In this document: positions 52,035-62,400 of the stretch, piece by piece
Numbering within the stretch: the first letter of the stretch is position 1
Layout: the number at the start of each line of letters is the position of its first letter
Assembly: GCA_965178125.1 (NCBI GenBank)
Contig: OZ237753.1
Location: 186,001-250,000 of the forward strand
Origin: Bilabrum cf. latius
Taxonomy: Eukaryota
Direction of reading: 5' to 3'
DNA: 64,000 bases
Notes under the pieces: model-generated
What the model was told of the DNA's origin: nothing
Seen by the model: the letters and a program-made list of their open reading frames with translations, nothing else
Databases searched by the model: none
Program-made: the position numbers and the translations under genes

Positions 52035-52400
52035 AATTATGTTCTACGCGTTTCATATACATTGTTAACCCATCCAGCGAGCTGGGTGCGCATTCGCTTT
52101 GCTAGTTGCGTGTGTATTCGAACTGGCTTGCTTTGCATGCGCTAGCATGCGACCACAGTGCTTGCCATGCGGTACAGAGCTCATTGCAGCGATACCATTT
52201 TCTTCGTGAACGGCAGCAAATCCAACCTGAGTGGCTCAACTCAAACCAACGCCCGATCGCAAGTCCTTCCATTTCACCAGAGCACCGCTGCACACCAACC
52301 CGCAACAACTGGAGCACGCTTGCTGCTATTTTGGCCTTGCAGCCATGCATTATTCGATCCAATTGCATCCCGTTGTGCCATGCTGCATGTGAGAGGCAAT

Positions 52401-53177
52401 TCATCGGCGGGGGCCGCGAGGCGCGCCACGGGCGCCAGCGAAACGCCTAGGGCGGCGGCGGTCGTCCACGTTGTAATCGAACTGCACGCCCAGGTCCTTG
52501 AGCATCTCGCCAGTAGCCTTATCTACCCGGATGTGAGAGGTCTTGATCTCGCTCTCCTTGGGCACGTAGTCCATGCGACGCTCGCGCTCCTCCTCCTGCA
52601 GCTTCAGGGACACACCACGCACGTTCTCACCGCGCTCGATACGGCGCATGAGATGCTGCGAGGACAGGCGTTTAAACATGTGTGAGGCACCACAAGCGAT
52701 GGAATGCGGTGCAAAGGCAAATCTTGCGAGGCCAAGCTGATTGCGTTTCGGCCAGCAGCAGCGCGTGCCGTCGGTGGCAGCACCGGCAGTCTCACGGTGA
52801 TGAAACCGGCAATCTTGTTGCGCATGCGCTTGGAAGGCAGCGTAGCAACGTCATCGCACACACGCTTGTTGGAGTGGAAGTCGGTCGCCAGCTTCATGTA
52901 GTAGCGCTCGACAATCACGCGCGCGGAGCGCTTCACAGTCTTTGTGCGAACGCGTCCCTGCGATATTATGATTGGAATCAGTACATGACATGCATCAGTC
53001 ATTTGAGCATTGCCTAAAGAGAACGCCAACAAGAGAACTGGCGAAGAGAGGTCCAGGCCCTGGCAGCAGGAAAGCTTATCAGATCATTGTTTGGCCGTCA
53101 CAAGACACAGTCACGTCAATATAGCCAGAATAGTTACAAGTAATTATGAAAAATACACAGTATATAACTCTCACCAT
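52401..53177 (-). CDS. RPS17: 40S ribosomal protein S17 (eS17), 139 aa; exons 53175-53177, 52796-52957, 52401-52655
   Basis: [73 protein letters not shown]. Both introns are GTGAGA...TCGCAG. Stop TGA. No TAG codons. Confidence 0.97.
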
Positions 53178-53337
53178 GACTGTGTCTCTATCCCCAGATA
53201 ATAACCGAAGGACAATAGGTGGCAGAGGGATCGGATCGAACTCTAGCAACACCTTACCGAAACTGGTATAAGTTCGTTCGGAGCTGAAAACATCGATGTT
53301 GCGGCAACAGAAACTCGCAGTATTTTGAAGCATTGCG
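53178..53337. promoter_or_regulatory. Putative bidirectional promoter (RPS17 / threonine aldolase), 160 bp
   Basis: Short, AT-richer gap between divergent start codons. Function is inferred. Confidence 0.5.
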
Positions 53338-54501
53338 ATGCGTACTTTGCGTCTCAGACCCCGTTTGCTAGGAGGTATGCACCATTATCTACCTTTGAAG
53401 GCATTATATTAGCCAATGACCAGATTTTTCAGCGGAAGATCAGCGGATTTCCGTTCAGATACGGTGACAGTTCCCGATGCAAAGATGACCCTTGCCATGA
53501 TGGATGCTCGGTGCGGAGATGATGTTTACGGTGAAGATCCTACTGTGAATTAGCTGGAGGAACTGGCCGCCGACATGTGTGGTAAAGAGGCTGCCCTGTT
53601 CGTGCCCTCCGGAACCATGGGAAATCTTGTTAGCATGGCGGCGCATGTACAGCACCGTGGGGGAGAAGTAATCCTCGGAGATGAGAGCCATATTTTCCGA
53701 TATGAGTAGGGGGGAGCGAGTGCGTTGCTTGGTTTGCCGTTTTTCACGCTGCCGACGGCAAAGGACGGAACGTTGAGCCCTCAGGCAATACAGGATGCGA
53801 TTCGAGAGGACGATTCGCATTTGCCACGGACGGCTCTCGTCTGCTTGGAAAACACGCACAATCGCTGCGGCGGCGCGCCGATCCCAGCTTCGTACATGGA
53901 GGAAGTCGCGGACGTGTGCGGCAAGGCGAACCTGCCGGGCGGCGCGCCGCTGCCCCTGCACGTGGACGGCGCTCGCATCTTCAACGCCGCCGCGGCCCTC
54001 GATACCGATGTCGCGACCCTGCTGGAGCGGGCCGATTCCGCCTCCGTTTGCCTCTCTAAGGGGCTAGGGGCACCTGTTGGTTCGGTCGTCGTGGGCAGCA
54101 AGGATTTCATAGCGAGGGCGAGGCGAGCCCGCAAGATGGTGGGAGGGGGGATGAGGCAGGCGGGCGTGATCGCAGGGTGCGGGATCGTCGCGCTGCGCGA
54201 CAACTCGAAGGCGCTGGGTGATGACCACAGGAGAGCCAAATCGCTTGCTCGCGGACTAGCCGCCATCGACGGCATCAAGGTGGACGTGAAGGCGGTCAGG
54301 TCAAACATTGTGTTCTTTGATATCGAAGAAGGACATCCCGTGCACGCCGATGCACTGGTGCAGGCACTAGAGGAGAAAGGTGTCAGGATAGGCGCGTACG
54401 GCGGCATGAAGTGCAGGGCAGTAACGCACGGCCAGGTGAAGGATGAGCATCTAGAGCGGTTCCTGGAGGCAGCCGAGGAGGTGATGAGCGGGGGCAAGTG
54501 A
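53338..54501 (+). CDS. Low-specificity L-threonine aldolase (Gly1/LtaE family), 387 aa, probable mitochondrial presequence
   Basis: Motifs [20 protein letters not shown][TAG][18 protein letters not shown][TAG][18 protein letters not shown] and [12 protein letters not shown] (PLP lysine). TAGs at 53410, 53551 and 53707. Stop TGA. Confidence 0.95.
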
Positions 54502-54687
54502 AGGACGAGCATGTAGAGCGGTTCCTGGAGGCAGCCGAGGAGGTGATGAGCGGGGGCAAGTGAAGGACGAGCATCTAGAGCGGTTCCTGGAGGCAGCCGA
54601 GGAGGTGATGAGCGGGGGCAAGTGAAGGATGAGCATGTAGAGCGGTTCCTGGAGGCAGCCGAGGAGGTGATGAGCGGGGACAAGTGA
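54436..54687 (+). repeat. 62-bp tandem repeat x4 spanning the threonine aldolase stop codon
   Basis: Unit gtgaagga(t/c)gagcat(c/g)tagagcggttcctggaggcagccgaggaggtgatgagcgggggcaa starts at 54436, 54498, 54560 and 54622. Confidence 0.95.
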
Positions 54688-54857
54688 GAAGCAGAAGCAT
54701 TGAGTATGACAATATTCCAATGTCTTGATACACTCTCAAGCTATTGATTATTTAGACACGGCCGTCCGCATGATGCCTTGATACTCTGCGCAAGAGAGCA
54801 ACCCTGCAGGCTTTGAACCCCCAACCGACCTCAAGCACGCGTTACTGGAGCGCTCAG

Positions 54858-57800
54858 TCACTCCCCCCCTGTCTCCAGGCCACCGTCCACGAACAAGTCC
54901 TCCTCTTCTTCCTCCTCGTCTTCCTCCTCCACGATCCCTCCAAGGCCAGTCACCCTGCCATCCCCAACCTGAAGAGGCCCCCCAACATCCTCGTCCTGCT
55001 GACCATGGCCATGACCATGGCCATGGCCCAGCTCTTGCTCATCTTCCCGCTCCTCTCTCGCTCCCGAGGCCCGACCCCCGCTGCCGTCGTCAGCCGCGTC
55101 ACCAGCACCCTCCCTAATCTTACCCACCCTCTTGCGCGCCGCCACCGCCATCCTCACCGTCGCAAGCAGCCGTTTCAATGAAGTCGTGTTCATTGTCAAC
55201 GTGCCGATGCTGCGGTTGCTCTCGCCGCTCACTGAGCCCGCCATGGACTGCAGCTGGGACGCGCGACCCATGACGGACCCGGCGTCGGAAAACGGCTGCC
55301 CACTCGTCACATCGCTCCCAACGGTGTCGGCCCTCAGCAGCTGCCCAAGTCCCGGCGGCAGTGACCCAGCTCCCGTGGGACCGAAGGGAGGGCTGAGACC
55401 AGTCGGTGCGTGCCCCTGTTGGCGTCCACGCCCACCATCCTGGTACTGGGCATGCATTGCACCAGAATCACCGTTTCCTGCACCCGGATGCGCCGATCGA
55501 GTTGAAGGCAAGGGGCCTGCTGGTCCCGCAATCCCAGCGACGCCCGCGTGCCGACCCACCGTGTGCGATTTTGGCTGCTAGCCAAGCATAACCGGGGACC
55601 GCTCGTGCGGAAGCTATGCCGCGCCGCTTGGATACGCCGCGCCGCCAGACTGAGGTTGCAACCCCTGGCCAAACCCGTCCCCGAACCCTGTGTGGCGGTG
55701 CTGCTGCTGGTGCGAGTAGCCCATGCCGCGATGGCTGCCGCTGCTGGTGGTAGTGCCAAATCCACCAGTGGATCCATGAGGTCCTTCAGACGTAGTCTTG
55801 CGCCCGCTGTCATGGCTCTCTGCCTCCTTCTCTGCCTGCAGCTGCTGATGTGCCCGAGTGAGCATCTGAATGGCGACTTCGAGGTGTCCGCCGCAGCGCA
55901 CGAGCAGCCGCCTGCCCGCCGCCAGCGCGGCGTCTTCCTCCAGCCGAGTCATGCCGGCGCCGGGGCCAGCCGTGTCCTCTGGCGTCAGCTTCACCCTGCC
56001 AGGCAGGCCAACGGAGCTGCCAGACCGCCCGCCAGACCCGCTGTTGCCCGAGCTGCTACCTTCCATGTTTGAAACCACAACCCCACTGGCACTGGCTTGT
56101 TCCCTGGGTGGTGATACGGTGGAAGAGTGGCCCCCGCCGCTGCCAGAGCCGCTGGTGGTGCTAGCCGTGCTGCCTTCGGGGCCGCCGGTCGCGCCGCTCC
56201 TATTGCTACCGCTTCTTCCAACGCTCGAGGAAGGAACGCTTGGCCCACGACCGTGCGATGCATCTGCATTGCCTTCCTCTCGCTCCATGTGGCTGGGTAC
56301 AGACGGGAGGTCGTCGTCAACAGGATCAAAGTCGTCGTGCTGCTGGCTGTTGCGCCGCCGCTTCCCCCGCCCTGGCAGGTCGCCGACTCCGCTGAGAGCC
56401 ACATCGCCGTCCACCGTGTTGGCCTCCGTAAAGCCGCTGCCTGAGCTGCTGTGTCTTCGCACCCTGCCGCGAGTGTGCTGCTGCCAGCCCGGATGCTCCG
56501 CGCCGGCATCCGGCTGCCCCCTGGCATAGGCTTGGGCGTGGGCCGTTTGGGCGTACTACGCATACACTGCAGGGTGCATGATACCGCTGGGACCCATGGC
56601 CCCAGGCATCATGGAGGGCACATGCATCATCATTGACGGCATGGACGACGTGGGAGTGGGTGGTCCTTGCATCCACTGCGCCTGCGCTGCTTGCACTGCC
56701 TGCACCTGCTACAGCCGACTAAATGTCTGCAAACGCTGCTACAACCCCTGGATGCTGAACGAGAAACCGGGCCGAAGCTTTCTCGTGGTGCTTCCATTGG
56801 TCGGCTGCTACTACTGCTGGTGGTGGTGGTGCCGGTGCTGGCGTATCGGCGGTCTGGCTTTCGCATGACCTTTGGTGTCTTGCTCGAAGCCTACACGACC
56901 TGTCCCAATTGATCTCGCGCTTTTTTCCGATGTAGCCCGGCCGCCGGCGCCGGCGCGCGCCTGGGGAGTCTGCGTCACGACGGTGAGGCCGGGCCTCCTG
57001 GGAGCTTGCCTGAGCCCCGTACGCCTGGCTTCCTCCAGCTTGCGCTGGGCCTCGTCGTCCGTCTCGTTGCCGTCACCCGACCCTCCGCTGGTGCTGTCGC
57101 CGTCTCTTCCCTAGGGCAAGCTGTCTGCTCCAGCTCCGTGCACATCATCGTCCACGCCCCTGCTGCCGCCATCGCCGTCAGCTTGCGAGGGCGTCTCCGC
57201 GAACGTGGAGCCGGCCAGCTGCAAGTAGGAAGGCGTGGGACGGAACGTGCCAACAGTTTGCTCGAGCATGGCAAGATGCTTCTCGAGCTCGCGCGAGTTG
57301 CGGTCCAGCCACTTCTGAAGTGCCTTCGTCTCGCGCTGCGCCTGCTTTCTCCAGCGATACATGGCCCCTGCCACCACCATCTTCCGCTTCAGGACGAAGA
57401 GCTTGTCGATGAGGCGGGTCTTCCTGGACCGCTGCTCCGACCTCCATTCCAGGAAACCAGTGGCGAGGATCGCTGCTGGCAGGCTATAGAAGGACGTACC
57501 AAGCACGACCAGAAGCGCCGTCACGAAGCGACCCTAGGTCGTGATTGGCGCCAGATCGCCGTAACCCACGCTGGTGATGCTGATTACCGAGTGGTACAGA
57601 GCCGTACCAAGGTCTGGAAAATCCTCCGGGTTCTGCTGGTGCTCCGCCGCGTGGATCGCAAAGGCGAAAATCAGTATGAAGGAGGACGAGATGAGCAGCG
57701 AGGTGAGAAGCTCCTCGCTCTTGATGGAAAACACGGCGAACAGCGCGGCCAGGCTCGGCGTGTACCGGACGAACTTGAACAGGCGCACGGCCCTCCCCAT

Positions 57801-59168
57801 TCTGACCCAGTTGGACACCTGGGAATTGCTCTCGAACGCATCGATGACCCCTGCCATGTGCAGCACGGCAGGAGCGAGGAGAATCAGGTCGAAGATCATG
57901 CTGGGCCACCCAAGCACCAGCACGCGCGGAAGACACACGTAAAAAGTGGTGTGCAGGCAGCAGCCCTTGCAGCTCCCGTCGTCTTCTACGAGGGCACGGG
58001 CCCGAAGCATCTCCCTCTTCTCGGCCTCCCTCTGCCGCAGCCGCTCCTGCCACGTGCTGCCTTGAGGCGATGCGCCTGATTCTATTTCCTGCTGCCGGCG
58101 GATGTTTGCAGCCAGTGCGAGCTTCCTAAGTTCAGGGTCGGTGTCCACGGACTGGGATCCGCCAGCCTCGCCATTTCCGTCAGTGTCGGAACCTCCATCC
58201 ATTGAATCCATCGAGCTGTGAGCGGCACTCGAGATTCGCTTGTTACGGAACGGCACCTGGCTGCCTACTGAGTTCCTTGACGTGCGCGGCTGGGCAGCGC
58301 TGCCACTGGCACTGGTTCTGCCTGCTGTGGTACTGCCTGCAGATCCTCGTGACAGTAGCCCGGCCTGGGACTGAGAGGTAACAATCTCGGCACCCCTGGC
58401 TTGGTCTTCCGACTTGCTGCCTCCAAACGTGACTTGCTGTGAAGGAGGTCCTGCTGCTTTGCTATCTGGTCCCCCCCTACCGGCACCGGCGGTGGTACCG
58501 GCCGTGAACGGACTCTGAGCTACTCTGGTGCCAGGGCTATCGGTCGAACTGTCCGCGTCTTGCAACCGCACAGGATCCTCTCCGGGCAGCTTGTCGTTAC
58601 AAACACTGGCATGTCGCACGCAAATACAGGGCTTGCAAGTCGCCATAACGATAGCCGCAGGATAGTACGGCTCCAGGTCGGCTGTCCACATGCGCAGCAA
58701 GAACTCGATCAGCATCGTCGAGCAGAATATGAACTCGACAGTCCGAACCCCAGGCTATTGAATGCTGACCAGTGATGGAGCCTCTTCAAACTCCACCGTT
58801 TCCGTGATCAATGACATGAGTGATATGTAAAGCAGCGCCAACACACAGAGCCGAGCGATTCTAGCAGCAAGTGAAAACGCCTTGCCACGCCACACGAGCG
58901 CAAACACCTCCTCGCGTACCTCCTCCAGCCATCTCCTTGACTTGTCATCAAGATTTAGCGTGGAAGCAACAATTGAGCGGCGCCGTGTTTTGGGTACCCT
59001 CCCGGCCAGCTGAAACGAACCTCGCCGATTCAACGTTTGTCGGTTACCCCCGCGCTTTATTCTAACCGAAGGGACAATAGCAGAAGCTTGTGTTCCATCC
59101 CCAGCCTCTGTGCTAGTGTTTTTTGCGTTGGCTGCAAGCCCTTGCTTGATTTGGGAGAGCGAGGCCAT
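54858..59168 (-). CDS. Voltage-gated (6TM) potassium channel with long low-complexity loops, ~1436 aa
   Basis: S2 EFIFCSTMLIEFLLRMW, S4 WVRMGRAVRLFKFVRY, pore SITSVGYGDLAPITT[TAG]GR, S6 FYSLPAAILATGF. One frame from ATG 59168 to TGA 54858 with ~10 TAGs. Confidence 0.9.
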
Positions 59169-59457
59169 GCTCTGAGTGGGTCGACAATCCAATATCCCTA
59201 CCAGGCGCAGTTTGAAAGCTTCAGGGCGTCGTGTACGTCTCCAGCACTTCAACTACTTAGTGCTTGAATTATGATATCCTAGGGTCGCAATTTGTCAAGA
59301 TATGCGCTCGTACTGTACTGTCGTCATCTGCGATCGTTTTGGAGCAATTCTGGTCGCAAAGGCAGCATCCGTTTGGCGCTTTCTGAACGATTCACCCTTG
59401 GCACACTACACTAGATTGCAAGTAGTGGGTCCTCGTCAATTTTAAGTGTTCCTTATA

Positions 59458-62400
59458 ATGTCTAGTTCGAGACCGAATAGGTCGCGGCTCGACCCAGGGG
59501 GGGTGTCGCATCGGATTTCGGATGGCCGTGGAGTATCCGCCAGTTTGTTCGGCTCAAACGCCGACTCGCTCATGTAGGGTCGAACAAACCAGTCTTTCAC
59601 ATCGAATAGACCGCCTGGACGGTAGCCGCTAGCTCAGAGCTCCGGCAGACCGTCCTACGGTGGACGATAGCTGTAGCGACGCGAAAGCCCTCAAGCAACG
59701 GCGGGAGCAGCCGAACCTCACGATCGAACGCGTGGCAGCTCGGTGCAGAGATCAAACAGTGGTCATAGAAGCCTGGTGGGAAGCGTGGCCTCGCGGCGAG
59801 CAGCTGCCTCTCGAGGAAGCAGCCGGCCACGGACCGTGGGTTAGTTCAGGCAAGGCGGCCTGCCGCGCTCCCAGGCTTGGGCAGAACCAGCCTCTGACGA
59901 CATGATGAGGCCTTAGCTACTCGTGCCAAACGAACTCTAGCGCGTGCTTGCGGGCGGTTTCCCTAGTGCTGGATCGCGCCTCATGCGGGGTGGGACGGCC
60001 GGGCTGCAAGTCGAGCGAGCGGCCGGCGGGCGGCAGGCGAGCACTGGACTATCAAGCGCTGGGCGGCCCTTCACTTCAGTGTTCGGAAGCAGACCTGGCG
60101 TTGATCTGCGCAGGTAGAGACAGTCATAGCGCCAGGGCGCCAGCCGTGGCGGGGCAGGCCGGCAGCCACTCCCGGCTGGAGCCCGAGACACTGCCCCCTC
60201 CTCCTCTGCCTCTGCCTCTGCCTCTGCAAGCGGGGGTTTCCGAGCAAGCGCTGCCGCAGACTTGCAAACACAAACCCAGGTGCAGGACACCAAGGAAGAA
60301 GGCGGCACGGATTTCTCTGCTAAGAGGCGCCCAAGGGGGGCGCACCAGCACCAGCAGCCCGTCACGCTGCCATCGATTGGACCAGGTCCACTAGGTCTCG
60401 GACCCGCGCTCACGAAAGAGCAGTGGGCAGAAGCGACCGCGAAGGTGAAGATGGACGCGCCAATCCCGATGCCAGGCACAGAGGCGTTTCGCCGCGAAAT
60501 GGCACTCCTGAGCCAGCTTGCACTGCACGGTGGCGCAAGACTGCTCCTGCAGGAGGGCTTCGTGGGCTCCTTTGCGCCGGATACCAGCACGAGGGGGAGG
60601 TCGATGGAGGCACATCTCGCGCTGGCTGGTAGCTCGCGGGCGGCGAAAGCATCGCAGGCCGCATTCGGGCGAAGCGCACGACCTACCAGCGCTCGCTCCA
60701 CCCAGTCTTCACACAGTTCCCCGGGTAAATCGGATGCTAGGACAGGCGACGGCTCCCCGCGGATACTTGCACCCACGGGCTAGCGGCCTCTCAGGGGGGG
60801 CGGCGGGTCTGAGGGGAAGCGAGACGACGTCTCGGAGGTGCAGCCCACTGCAAGGGAATCCAATGGCTCTGGCACTTCCGGATTGCCCGCCGTGGCGGGT
60901 GCATCGCATGGCAGTGCTCGCAGCCACGCGTCGGGCGGAAGGTCGCCTTCCGGCGGTTCTGGACAACGCGGCACCTCTTCCCCTGCACGTGGCCGGAGCA
61001 GGGAACGAGATGGCGACAAGGGCAAGAATAGCCAGCAGGGCCACAGGTCTTCAAGTGGCAGCGTAAGTCGGCCGGGGAGGGGCGGCCCTCCGTCCAGGAG
61101 CACATCGTCTACGTCTGCGGCAAGGGGTGGAGCGAGGACGACGAGCAGCAGCTACGTCAGCGCGTGGAAGCAGAGGGAGGAAGAGAAGAAGAGAAAGAGG
61201 CGGGAGAAGCGCATGAAGAAGCGGCAGGCAGCGAGGGAGAAAGAGCGGGCCAGAGAGGCCGCTGAGAGGAAGATGATGCTCGAGGAGGAGTGGGCGGTCA
61301 TGAGGGCGCAGTGGTGGGGCACCGGGCCGAGGACGGGCAGGTGGAGGACCGTGCGCTGCTTCCTGTCGTCGAGCTTCAGGGACATGCACGGCGAGCGCGA
61401 TTCGCTGACGAGGACCGTGTTCCCTGCGCTGAACCAGCTGGCCAAATCGCGCCGCGTGAAGATCGTCGGGATCGATCTGCGGTGGGGTCTCACGGCGGAA
61501 GACTCATCCGACTCTGGTCTTGGGGCGCTGGAGCATTGCTTGCTGGAGGTGGATCACTCCCGTCCGTTCTGCTTGGTGCTCAGCGGCGAGAGGTATGGGT
61601 GGCGGCCCCCTAACTACCGCGTCTCGGACCGGCCCGAGTTCGACTGGGTCCGCAGCTTCCCTGCCGGGCATTCAATCACGGCGATGGAGATTTTCCACGC
61701 GTTCCTGCGGAAATCGCACCAGCCCACGCACGCAATCTGCATGCAGCGAGACCCAAAGTTCATGGAATCGATCGATCCCAAAGACAGGTGGGTCTTCGAG
61801 TTCGACGGAGACGACGAGGCGCTGATCCTCAGAGACAATCTCCGAGAGGACATGAAGAGTCACCCTTTCTGCACCTTTCATGACTACACATGCGAGTACG
61901 GCGGTATTGACGAGGAGAACAAGCCCGTGGTGACGGGACTGGAGGATTTTGAGCGTGTTGTGCTGGAGGACATGTGGCAGAGGATCAAGTCGGAGTTCCC
62001 GCCGCCACCGCCGCCCCCTTCCCAGCTCGACCTCGAGCGCTCCTTCCACCAGTTTTTTATCCAGGAACGGTCGCGAACCTTCATTGGCAGGGAGGCACTT
62101 TTGGATCGGCTGGAACGACACGCGAACGGGGACGCGTCTGGCGAGTCGCTGCCCCTTGTGGTGTCCGGGGTGCCAGGCAGCGGCAAGACGAGCCTAGTGT
62201 GTCACTTCGCCAAGCGGTACCAGACGGAGCACCCGACGTGCTTCACACTGATGCACGTCGTGAGTGCATCGCCTACTAGCACCGACATCCGCGAGACGCT
62301 GGTCAGGCTCTGCAAGGAACTAGCCCTGCATTTCCAGGAGCTCAACTTTGACGCGGAGGACGAGGAGGCGGAATACGCTGACGTTCGAGAACGTTTCACC

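Noticed and set aside
52958-53174. Possible intronic snoRNA in RPS17 intron 1 (several CTGA and ATGA words)
   Set aside because: No canonical C box (RTGATGA) with a terminal stem was seen. An Infernal/snoscan search would be needed.
54436-54687. CRISPR-like array
   Set aside because: The units are head-to-tail with no unique spacers, derive from the aldolase 3' end, and no cas genes are present.
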